DNA from: Longimicrobiales bacterium
Lineage (GTDB): Bacteria > Gemmatimonadota > Gemmatimonadetes > Longimicrobiales > Gaopeijiaceae
Length of the DNA stretch: 64,000 bases
Direction: 5' to 3'
NCBI GenBank assembly: GCA_965203485.1
Contig: OZ241892.1
Span: forward strand, 3,040,001-3,104,000
The position numbers were made by a program, and so were the translations under genes. The notes beneath the pieces are model-generated. The model did not search any database. It was not told where the DNA came from and saw only the letters and a program-made list of their open reading frames with translations. This document shows, piece by piece, positions 51,486 to 60,394 of this stretch. How positions within the stretch are numbered: the first letter of the stretch is position 1; every line of letters begins with the position of its first letter.

Positions 51486-54400
51486 TCACGCGCCGCCCTC
51501 CCGGTCGGATTCCTCAGGCCCCACCCCCGCTTCCAGAACGTCCTTCGCCGAAATCGTGTACCGGGCGTTGATCCGCTTGCCCGCCACGAACGTACGGAAC
51601 GGGTCGCGCACGCGGAAGAGGCGGGGGTTCGGCGTCGCGCAGTCCAGGACGACGTACAGCCAGTACTCGTCGCCGAGATGGTTGGCCTGCTTCCATTCGT
51701 TGTCCTCCATCTGCACGTCGCTGCGGCCGGCGCGGCCCTTGACCTCGATGTGACGGCGGGTCTCGCCGGGACGATCAGACATCATGTCGAAGCCGGGCCA
51801 GTCGGGGAGGCCGGCAACGCGGGCCAGGGCGGGCTTGGACACGTCGCGAACGGCGCCTCCGTGCTCGCGCTCCCAGGCGACGGCGACGTTCACGGCGATC
51901 TCCTCGACTCGGGCGTCGTGGCGGTCCACTTCGGCGGCGGCGTAGTCGGCGGCGGGCACGACCAGGGCGTGCGCCAGGAAGCGGACGCCGCCGGGAACGA
52001 TGCGGTCCGGGGCGTCGCCGAGTCGATCGAGCGCGAGCTGGCGTTGGGAGGACACGGTCTGCTGTTCGCGCTTGGCCTGCTCGAGGGCGTCGGCGTCGGC
52101 TCCGCTGGCGACGCGGGCGGCCAGCTCCCTGCGGCGAAGGGCGGCTTGCTGGGCGCGCAGGCCGAACCCCGTGGCCACCTGCCGGCGCCGCTCGGGGAGT
52201 TCCGCCCGTCTTTGCTCGCGCTGTCCATCCACGAGCTCGGCAAGGAGACGGACCTCCGCGTGGGCGGCCGCCTCGGCGCGCATCGACAGCCCCCGGCCGG
52301 CCAGCGGGACGGCCCCGGGAGGCACTTGCGGGGCGCCTCTCAAGACAAGGAAGCTCTCGACCTCGCACTGCGCCGGGTCTCCTTTGCCGTCGTGGCGCAA
52401 CGCGAGAAGCCGACGATCCAGAACGCGTCGGCCGAGCGGGTCGTGCTCCAACCCCGCCGGGTCGCGGGGCGACGGGGCGGCATCGAATCCTTTTCCGGCG
52501 ACGACCACGGGATCCGGTTCCTCCTCGACGGTGGCCACGGCCACATGGAACGTGTAGGGGACCTCGGCGCGGGGGTCCGCGAACACGGCGCCTCGCAACG
52601 CGTCCCGGGCAAAGGCCTCCTGGACCGCGCCGGCCAAGGCGTCGAAGACGGGTTCGCCGGGACGGAGCCATATCGACGGGCCGTCGTTCGCCGAAGCGTT
52701 GGACGACGCGGACGGGCGCTCCGGGCCCTCGTCTTTCGAAGCGACGTTCTCGGGCCGGCTGACGCACAGCCGCGCTCGCGCTTCTTCGGGGTAGCTGTCC
52801 AATGCCGGGAGGAGCGGGTCCAACGCCCCCGACCGGCTCGCCGCGAGACCGAAGAAGGCGTCCAAGTCGCCGCGAATCTGCAAGCCCAGCAGGTCGGCGG
52901 CCCGTCCGACGAAATGGCGCACGTAGCCGGGCAGGAGCTGCAGGTAGCGCTCTCGGTCCATGTCGCCACGGAGTCCGGGCAAGCGGTCCTTCACGTTGTC
53001 GTCGTCGCCGTACGCTTCGCGTTCTTCGGCGCCGATGGTCCGCACGCGGTCGCTCGTCAGGGCGCGTTCGACCCGTTGCGCGGCGTCCCCCGCCGCTCCG
53101 TCTTCGCCGCTCGGCCCGCCGCGGCCGCCGGCCTGCAACGACTCCAGCATGTAGTGGCTGAGCGAGGCGTTCTCGAAGAGCCGTCCGATCACGTCGAACA
53201 CCTTGTCCGACTTCAGCTCGCGGCGGATTGCGTCCAGCTTCTTCAGCAGCACCTCGAGCACGCGGCCCTCGTGAGTCTTGCCGGCGACCAAGTTCACGAT
53301 TCGCACATCGCGCTTCTGCCCGTACCTGTGCACGCGGCCCATGCGCTGTTCCAGCCTCGCCGGGTTCCAGGGGATGTCGTAGTTGGCCATCAGACGGCAG
53401 AACTGGAGGTTGATGCCCTCGCCCGCCGCGTCCGTGGCCACCATGTAGCGGGCGCCTGCGGGGTCGCGGAAGCGCTCGACCTGCGCCTCGCGCTCTTGCC
53501 ACGCCATGCCCCCGTGGATGTGGGCGATGCTGCCGGCGTGTCCCAGGCCTTCCAGACGGCGGACCAAGTAGTCGACCGTGTCGCGGTGCTCGCTGAAGAC
53601 GAGCCATTTCTCGTCGGCGTACCGCGCGTTTTCCAGCACCTTGCGGAGCTTCTCGAACTTGGATTCGCGGCCCGTGTCCAGCAACCTGCGCGCGCGATCC
53701 CGGAGCTGGACGAGCGTGCGCACTTCCTGCTCGATCTCCTCGACCGTGACCGCGATCACCGCGCCCAGAACGGCGTCCTCGTAGTCCTCGTTGCGTTCTC
53801 TGGCGCGGCGGCTACCGTCGGCGTCTTCGCGGTCGTCCTGTTCGCGCCCGTCCTCGTCGGCGGTGCTGGAGTCGAAGAAGTCGGCGGCGTGCGCTTTGCC
53901 GATCGCGGTCTGGCGTCGTTCCAGCTCGTCGGTCGTGATGCGCCCGGCGGCGAGGTCGGCGGCAGCGCCCTTCAGCTTGGCGATTCGGCGTTCGAACGAG
54001 CGGAGCAGGGCGTGGGTCGAGCTGGCGAGACGGCGCTGGAACACGCTCATGGCCAAGCTGACGGCGGGGCGGTTCCGGAACGCGCGGCCGTACGTGTGGC
54101 GGAGGTAGGCGGTGGTCTCGTCGTAGAGCGCTTGTTCGCCGTCCGGGCCGGGCGTGAGGTCGTAGGAGAAGGTGTCGCAGGAGCGGAGCGGGTAGATGGG
54201 CCGCCCTTGCAGATCGACCATCTCTTCCTTCGTGCGGCGGATGAAGTGGCGGTTGCAAGCGGCCGGCGGAAAGCGGCGGAGCGCGGCCTCCGTCGGGAAG
54301 ACTTGGTCGTCCAGAAGGCGCCACAGGTAATGGTAGGGCGACAACTTGCCCATGTGCGGCGTGGCGGTCAGAAGCAACAAGTGCCTGGCGGACCACTCGA

Positions 54401-55400
54401 GGCCGGCGAAGCGCTCCGCCGGGCTGCCGCAACCTGCGAGAGCCTCCGCCAGCTCGTAGCGGCGCGTCTTGCGGACGCGATGGTCGTCCGCCGTGGCACT
54501 GAGCTTGTGAGCCTCGTCGAAGACGACCAAGTCGTAGGCGGCCGCCCCGCCCGCTTCGCGAAGGGCGGCGAACACTTTGTCGCCCGCCAGCGTGTCCAGC
54601 GAGACGATGGCCAAGTCGGCCGACGGGTCGAGAAAGGGATTGCCGGCGTCCCCGTCCGATGCTGTCCCGTTTGCTGCACCCGCCCGCCTCCCGGCCCCCG
54701 CACCGCCCCTGCCCCTCACGTCCGCGCCCGCCACGATGCGGAAATCCAACCTAAACAGCGTCCGCAGCTCGCGCCGCCAGTTCCCGACGAGCCCCGCCGG
54801 CGGCACCACCAGCACGCGCCGGATCCGGCCCCGCGACAGCATCTCGCGCACGTACAAGCCCGTCATGATCGTCTTCCCCGCGCCCGCGTCGTCCGCCAAC
54901 AAGAAACGAAGAGGCTCCTGCCGCAACATTCGCTCGTACACCGCGATCCGCTGGTGCGGCAACGGATCGATGCGCGACGTCTCGCTCGCGAAGGCCGGGT
55001 TGAACTGATGGCCGTACGCGAGCCGCCACGCCTCCACGACGGCCGACACGGCCTCGGCGTTGCCGGCGAAGTCGAGGGCGGGGATTGGGGCGAAATGCTC
55101 GGAGCGCATGCGACCGTCCCCAACGAAGGCCGCTTGGCCCCGGGGTCGACGCGACTGGCCTGGCAAGCCATCATCTGCGGGCCTCGCACGTTGAGCGGCG
55201 GCGGCCTCCGCGATCTCCTGCAACCTTTGCCGAGCCATTGGATGAGGCCGCGACTTCCCGGCTTCCCAACGGTGTACCGTGATGGCGCTGACCCGCAGAC
55301 GCTCGGCCAGCTGGCCCTGGGTAAGGCCCAGCTCCTTGCGAAGGACGCGCAATCGCACGCCGTCGGTGGCGGTGGCGAGATTGGTGGCTGGAGCGCCCAT
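51486..55400 (-). CDS. XRE-HTH + SNF2-family helicase + DUF3883-like nuclease domain
   Basis: LTQGQLAERLRVSAITVHRWE; LADDAGAGKT; DEAH; TATPH; EGINLQ; QRMGRVHRYG; IEVKG. Confidence 0.93.
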   Translation of the reverse strand: MGAPATNLATATDGVRLRVLRKELGLTQGQLAERLRVSAITVHRWEAGKSRPHPMARQRLQEIAEAAAAQRARPADDGLPGQSRRPRGQAAFVGDGRMRSEHFAPIPALDFAGNAEAVSAVVEAWRLAYGHQFNPAFASETSRIDPLPHQRIAVYERMLRQEPLRFLLADDAGAGKTIMTGLYVREMLSRGRIRRVLVVPPAGLVGNWRRELRTLFRLDFRIVAGADVRGRGGAGAGRRAGAANGTASDGDAGNPFLDPSADLAIVSLDTLAGDKVFAALREAGGAAAYDLVVFDEAHKLSATADDHRVRKTRRYELAEALAGCGSPAERFAGLEWSARHLLLLTATPHMGKLSPYHYLWRLLDDQVFPTEAALRRFPPAACNRHFIRRTKEEMVDLQGRPIYPLRSCDTFSYDLTPGPDGEQALYDETTAYLRHTYGRAFRNRPAVSLAMSVFQRRLASSTHALLRSFERRIAKLKGAAADLAAGRITTDELERRQTAIGKAHAADFFDSSTADEDGREQDDREDADGSRRARERNEDYEDAVLGAVIAVTVEEIEQEVRTLVQLRDRARRLLDTGRESKFEKLRKVLENARYADEKWLVFSEHRDTVDYLVRRLEGLGHAGSIAHIHGGMAWQEREAQVERFRDPAGARYMVATDAAGEGINLQFCRLMANYDIPWNPARLEQRMGRVHRYGQKRDVRIVNLVAGKTHEGRVLEVLLKKLDAIRRELKSDKVFDVIGRLFENASLSHYMLESLQAGGRGGPSGEDGAAGDAAQRVERALTSDRVRTIGAEEREAYGDDDNVKDRLPGLRGDMDRERYLQLLPGYVRHFVGRAADLLGLQIRGDLDAFFGLAASRSGALDPLLPALDSYPEEARARLCVSRPENVASKDEGPERPSASSNASANDGPSIWLRPGEPVFDALAGAVQEAFARDALRGAVFADPRAEVPYTFHVAVATVEEEPDPVVVAGKGFDAAPSPRDPAGLEHDPLGRRVLDRRLLALRHDGKGDPAQCEVESFLVLRGAPQVPPGAVPLAGRGLSMRAEAAAHAEVRLLAELVDGQREQRRAELPERRRQVATGFGLRAQQAALRRRELAARVASGADADALEQAKREQQTVSSQRQLALDRLGDAPDRIVPGGVRFLAHALVVPAADYAAAEVDRHDARVEEIAVNVAVAWEREHGGAVRDVSKPALARVAGLPDWPGFDMMSDRPGETRRHIEVKGRAGRSDVQMEDNEWKQANHLGDEYWLYVVLDCATPNPRLFRVRDPFRTFVAGKRINARYTISAKDVLEAGVGPEESDREGGA

Positions 55401-55700
55401 GGCGCAAAGATGGCGAAGCTGGGCTCGCACGTCAACGGGCCGCCCAGAACGGCGTCTTCGCCCGGCTATCATATGCGAAACCGACAACGCCTCTGGCTTC
55501 CGAATCCGGCCAAGAGCCGGGGCGCATTTGGGAAACAGGCGGGCGACTTGCGGCTCACGACGGCAACGCTATTGTATCTTGGCGACGGTCGGCAGGCGTC
55601 GCCTTCAGCCGTCTGCTCCCGCCATCGGCAAGGACGGACTCATGGCCTCCCGATCTTTGGAGCGTCGCAACCTCTCTGGAACTGCCCACCTAGTGCTGAC

Positions 55701-57044
55701 ATGAATAGGATCACCCTGCAGAACTATCGTTGTTTTCGTGAAAGCCAAGACGTCGCATTGGCTCCTTTGACTCTCCTCGTCGGCGACAACAGCACGGGCA
55801 AGACATCGTTCCTCGCCATGATTCGCGCTCTGTGGCAACTACCGTCCGGATTTCCGTCTTTCAAAGATGCACCCTACGATCTAGGCAGTTTCGACGAAAT
55901 CGCTCATTTTCGCGGAGGCCGCGCTGGCCGTGCCGATTCTTTTGAAGCCGGCTTTGATTTGACGACAACGACACGAGGGAGCCAGAAGCGTCGTCTTGAA
56001 GCAGTCTTCAAGGACGTAGGTACTGTCGCTTTCCCCGTTTCCAGACGGCTGTCCATGGTTGACGGCCACACGTGGATTAAAGTCGAGCGATGCGCTTCAC
56101 GCGGGTCTTGGCGACTCTTTTTGGGAACCAAACGAGGAACATGGACTGATTTTATCGGGCCTCGCAAGAGTGCCAGAGAACATTTTTTGCCGCTTGATGT
56201 ATTGCCTTGGCTGTTGCCTTCGAACGGCCCGCTGTATGACAATGACAGCGATCAATTTACTTCCATTGACGGCGAGAAACGCATCGACGACAGCGACTGG
56301 CATCACCTCCAGGCCCTCGTCGACACCAGTTGCTTTGACTGCTATGAGCCAGAATCTCTGTACGCCAGCGCACCAGTACGTTCCCGGCCGTACCGCACTT
56401 ACGATCCTTCTCACCTCGCTAGAGATTCCGAGGGCGATCACGTTCCGCTTTATTTGGCCAACATGTCTTTTCGGGCAGGCGACGCAAGATGGAAGACGAT
56501 GAAGAAGAGACTTGAGGCGTTCGGGAAGCAATCCGGTCTCTTCGACGAAATCGCCGTCAAGCGGTTGGGCAAGAGAAGTAGTGAGCCGTTTCAACTCCAG
56601 ATTCGGAAATTCGGCTCTCCCGCCAAGGGTCCCATGCGCAACCTGATTGATGTTGGCTACGGCGTTAGTCAAGTGCTTCCTGTTCTGACTGAGCTGTTTC
56701 GCGAAGACGGTCCAGCCATGTTCTTGCTGCAACAGCCGGAAGTTCATCTGCATCCCAGTGCACAAGCCGCTCTGGGCAGTCTTTTTTGTCAAGCGGCGGC
56801 AAATGGCCGCCAGCTGGTGGTGGAGACTCATAGCGATCACTTGCTGGACCGAGTTCGTCTGGATGTACGAGACGAGACGACCGACTTGCGGCCCGACGAC
56901 GTTGCGATTCTGTTCTTCGAGAAACGCAACTTGGGCGTGAAGATTCATTCCCTGCGAATCGACGAGGAAGGCAATATAGTCAATGCGCCTCCGAGTTATC
57001 GCGGTTTCTTCATGGCCGAAACGAAGAGGTCCTTGAAGCTGTAG
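55701..57044 (+). CDS. ABC-type (AAA_21/DUF3696-like) ATPase
   Basis: ITLQNYRCF, GDNSTGKT, DVGYGVSQ, QQPEVHLHP, VETHSDH. Confidence 0.9.
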   Translation: MNRITLQNYRCFRESQDVALAPLTLLVGDNSTGKTSFLAMIRALWQLPSGFPSFKDAPYDLGSFDEIAHFRGGRAGRADSFEAGFDLTTTTRGSQKRRLEAVFKDVGTVAFPVSRRLSMVDGHTWIKVERCASRGSWRLFLGTKRGTWTDFIGPRKSAREHFLPLDVLPWLLPSNGPLYDNDSDQFTSIDGEKRIDDSDWHHLQALVDTSCFDCYEPESLYASAPVRSRPYRTYDPSHLARDSEGDHVPLYLANMSFRAGDARWKTMKKRLEAFGKQSGLFDEIAVKRLGKRSSEPFQLQIRKFGSPAKGPMRNLIDVGYGVSQVLPVLTELFREDGPAMFLLQQPEVHLHPSAQAALGSLFCQAAANGRQLVVETHSDHLLDRVRLDVRDETTDLRPDDVAILFFEKRNLGVKIHSLRIDEEGNIVNAPPSYRGFFMAETKRSLKL

Positions 57045-57506
57045 ATGTGTGCGATCTTGGACGCCAATGCGGCATCTGCGGTCTTTGGTCGCAATCAAGG
57101 TGGCGCGGCTAAAGCGTTCTTTGATTGGATAAACGACGGACCCGGACGCTTGGTCGTCGGCGGCAAGCTTCGCGCCGAGCTGGGAATGATCGGCTCATTT
57201 TGCGAATGGCAGAAGCAAGCTGTATTGGCCGGACGGATCAAGAATGAGAATGACGCCGTCGTCAACGAACGTGCGCGCGAACTCACGAGGCGCAATGTGT
57301 GTTCATCAAATGATCAACACGTCATCGCATTGGCGAATGTGAGCGGGGCTCGGTTGTTGTACACCAATGATGGTGATCTGCAAAAGGACTTCAAGAACCA
57401 CAAATTGATCAAGAAGCCGCGCGGAAAGATATATTCGGCGCAGGCCCAAGCCGACTTCGGCCGAGTGCACGGTGACCTTCTGGAAGCGAACACTTGTCGG
57501 CCGTAA
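57045..57506 (+). CDS. PIN-domain protein
   Basis: ILDAN, SNDQHVIALA...ARLLYTNDGDL acidic pattern; starts immediately after the ATPase stop. Confidence 0.78.
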   Translation: MCAILDANAASAVFGRNQGGAAKAFFDWINDGPGRLVVGGKLRAELGMIGSFCEWQKQAVLAGRIKNENDAVVNERARELTRRNVCSSNDQHVIALANVSGARLLYTNDGDLQKDFKNHKLIKKPRGKIYSAQAQADFGRVHGDLLEANTCRP

Positions 57507-57579
57507 CCGCCACCCCGCTGCTCATGCGCCCGGCGCAATGGCGCCGTTCGGCTCGTTCGCCGACCTGCCAAGACGCCGA

Positions 57580-58494
57580 CTACGCTGTCGCGTCCGCCCG
57601 AGGCGGAGCCTGGAACACCCATTTGCGGTGCCAGGCGACGAACGAGGGCGAGGGGGCCAGCACGGGCGTCAGAGGTGGGCGCAACCGCGTTCCGTGCAGG
57701 CCCATTAGGCGTTCGGCAGACGGACTCGAGCCGCCGACGCCGCGAGAGACCAGGACTCGATAGCCGGACTCCTGGGGCTGGAGGCCGAGCGCGCCGTGGT
57801 TGAGAGCCTTGTGGTGAAGCAGGCAGAGGGCGAGCGCGTTCGAGATGTCGTTGGGTCCGCCGTGGGAGGGCCACTGGATGCTGGCGGCCTCCAGGGCGAA
57901 TACGCGGTCGTTCACGCGGGCGTCGAAGTCGCACACGGAGCAGCGGTTTCGGTATTCGCCCAGGACGCGGGCTCTGAACGCGGCCTCTTGGGGTCCCTCG
58001 GGGCGAGGTTGGAGCAAGCTCCAGTCCCAGCGCAACCCGGCGGCAGCGCGAATGGAGTCGTGGTCCGAAGATCGGAAGTGTTGTGCAAGAAGCAACTCCG
58101 CAACGGCCACCACCAGCTCCGGGTCCGATGCCAGCAACTCGTGAACCTCCTCGGGGAACCCGCCGACTATGTGCCGGTCGCGCAGTTCCTTGGCGTGGAG
58201 ATTGCCGCTGGACGTGGTGGCCAGCGCCGCGTCTCCGGGAATCTCCCATAGCCCGTCTGCCCGCAACCGCCCGAACGGGTAGACCGGATGCACCGCCCGC
58301 CTCGGCGGCCCGAACTCGCCCAGCAACCGGCGCAACTGCGGCTCGATGCTCGCGAACGAGACGAGCCGCCGCCGACACTGCGCGACCCGGCCCAGCGCCA
58401 ACAGCAGGAGAAGCGGCTTGTGGGGAGCCGGCCGGTCCTGCCACGTCGCGGTTCTCAATCGAGCAAAGCGGTCCAGCAGTTCCGCGCGTGTCAT
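57580..58494 (-). CDS. Sulfur-binding domain (SBD) + HNH, phosphorothioate-dependent restriction endonuclease-like
   Basis: APHKPLLLL and YPFGRL..DGLW SBD motifs; CSVC...LEAASI...N.LALC.LHH. Confidence 0.85.
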   Translation of the reverse strand: MTRAELLDRFARLRTATWQDRPAPHKPLLLLLALGRVAQCRRRLVSFASIEPQLRRLLGEFGPPRRAVHPVYPFGRLRADGLWEIPGDAALATTSSGNLHAKELRDRHIVGGFPEEVHELLASDPELVVAVAELLLAQHFRSSDHDSIRAAAGLRWDWSLLQPRPEGPQEAAFRARVLGEYRNRCSVCDFDARVNDRVFALEAASIQWPSHGGPNDISNALALCLLHHKALNHGALGLQPQESGYRVLVSRGVGGSSPSAERLMGLHGTRLRPPLTPVLAPSPSFVAWHRKWVFQAPPRADATA

Positions 58495-58609
58495 CGACGC
58501 AACAATCCTCCTCGGTCTCTCCGCCGTCCTCGTACGTCAGGCAACTTACGACGATGCCGTGCCGTCGTCAGCACTCGGACGGCACCGGCGATCCCGCCCT
58601 CCGTTCCCC

Positions 58610-59827
58610 TCAAATCTCCTCGTCGACGTCGTGCCCCAGCGACCGCAACCGGTCCGCGATCTGCGCTCCGTGGTCCCTGCCGCGCGTCTCCACGAGCAAT
58701 CCGATGTCCACGTCGCCAACCGAGATGTCTCCGAAGCCCCGCGCATGTTCCACCTCCAGCACGTTCGCTCCGGCCGCCGCGACCACCGCCGTCAGCTCGT
58801 TCAGGAAGCCGGGCCGGTCGCGGGCGGCGACGCGGAAGCGGGCAACCCGGCCGTCCGCCCACAGGCCCCGGTCGATGAGGCGCGAGATGATGTTGACGTC
58901 GATGTTGCCGCCCGAGAGGACGCAAGCGACGGTCTCGTCCTCCGCGAGGCGCACCTTGCCGGCCAGCAACGCGGCCACGCCGACGGCGCCTGCGCCTTCC
59001 ACGACCATCTTCTCGCGCTCCAGCAGGAAGAACACGGCCGCCGCGATCTCGGCCTCGGTCACGAGCGCCACGTCGTCCACCAGCGCCTGGACGATCGGGA
59101 ACGTCCGGTCGCCGATCCGCTTGACGGCGATGCCGTCCGCCAAGGTGTCCGCCGATTCCACGCACGCGGGTTCCCCGGCACGCAAGGACTCGAACGCCGC
59201 AGGCGCCGCCTCCGCTTCCACGCCCACGACGCGGGCATGCGGCTTCAGCGCCTTCACGGCGGAAGCGACCCCGGCAATCATTCCGCCGCCCCCGACCGGC
59301 ACCACGAACACGGTCGCGCCGGGCGCCTGCTCGATCATTTCCAATGCCATGGTGCCTTGTCCGGCGGCCACCTCCAGGTCGTCGAAGGCGTGGACCGGCG
59401 TGCTCCCGTAGCGGCCGGCCAGCCGATCCACCTCGTCCAACCCGTCCGACAGCGTCCGGCCCATCTCCAGCACGTGCGCTCCGTGCCGCTTCGTGTTGGC
59501 GACCTTCACCAGCGGCGCATTCTCAGGCATCACTATCGAGCAGGCGACGCCAAGCCGCTTGGAGTGGAACGCGAGGGCCTGAGCGTGGTTCCCCGCGCTG
59601 GCCGCGACCACGCCGCGTCCGCGCGCCGCCTCGCCCATGACGAGCAACTTGTTGAGCGCGCCCCGGTCCTTGAACGATCCCGTCAGCTGCCGGAACTCGG
59701 CCTTGAGCGCCACCCGCGCGCCGCCGTCCAGGCGTTCCTCCAAGGCGAACGAGCGGCGGCATCCGGTCTCGACGATCCCGCCCCGCAACCGCTCCCGGGC
59801 GTCCTGGAGGTCAGCGAGCGGGATCAT
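58610..59827 (-). CDS. ilvA: Threonine ammonia-lyase with a C-terminal ACT domain
   Basis: TGSFKDRG, SAGNHAQ, PVGGGG, SGGNID, DRPG.L ACT domain. Confidence 0.88.
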   Translation of the reverse strand: MIPLADLQDARERLRGGIVETGCRRSFALEERLDGGARVALKAEFRQLTGSFKDRGALNKLLVMGEAARGRGVVAASAGNHAQALAFHSKRLGVACSIVMPENAPLVKVANTKRHGAHVLEMGRTLSDGLDEVDRLAGRYGSTPVHAFDDLEVAAGQGTMALEMIEQAPGATVFVVPVGGGGMIAGVASAVKALKPHARVVGVEAEAAPAAFESLRAGEPACVESADTLADGIAVKRIGDRTFPIVQALVDDVALVTEAEIAAAVFFLLEREKMVVEGAGAVGVAALLAGKVRLAEDETVACVLSGGNIDVNIISRLIDRGLWADGRVARFRVAARDRPGFLNELTAVVAAAGANVLEVEHARGFGDISVGDVDIGLLVETRGRDHGAQIADRLRSLGHDVDEEI

Positions 59828-59865
59828 GGAAGCGGAGGGACCCCGTGGCCGGAGCGGCGACTTAT

Positions 59866-60276
59866 CTAGTCCCCGTGACGCGCGAACACGCCCACTCGCA
59901 ACGGCGGCTCCACCGACCAACGGAACCGGAACCGGTTGGCCTCTCCGTCGGCGACCACGTCGCGCCGCTCGCGGGTCTTCGGCCAGTCGCCCCGGTCGTT
60001 GAGGACCACGAGCGCCTGCCCGTTCGCGAGCTTGCCGTCCTCCTCGAGCAACGCCTGCTCCAGCCGGCCGAGGAGTTGCGCCTCGGCCTTGCGCTGGATG
60101 TCGCCCTCGGCGGTTGCGGTCAGCTCGCGAACGGCAACCTGCACGTGCGAGTCGCTGAAATCGGCGGCGGTCGCCGAGAATGCGTGGTTGCGCCGAAAGC
60201 CGATCTCGGTAAGGGCGGCCGGCTTGAACGCAGGATCGACGCTGTGGTAGGCGGAGCCGTAGCGGCGAAGGATCAT
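59866..60276 (-). CDS. Hypothetical protein (136 aa)
   Basis: Host-like codon usage; lies between same-strand housekeeping genes. Confidence 0.7.
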   Translation of the reverse strand: MILRRYGSAYHSVDPAFKPAALTEIGFRRNHAFSATAADFSDSHVQVAVRELTATAEGDIQRKAEAQLLGRLEQALLEEDGKLANGQALVVLNDRGDWPKTRERRDVVADGEANRFRFRWSVEPPLRVGVFARHGD

Positions 60277-60394
60277 GCGGCCGCGCAGTCGCTCGCCGCG
60301 GCGGCACGGCCCGACGGCGCGGCGCGCCGCAACCGACGCGGCCGGAAAAACGGAAGGGACGGCGCCGGCCTCGTCGCGACGAACTGGCCGCGAG

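Noticed and set aside
51420..55700. Apparent 1874-aa plus-strand ORF
   Set aside because: Antisense shadow of the helicase; the real ATPase starts at ATG 55701
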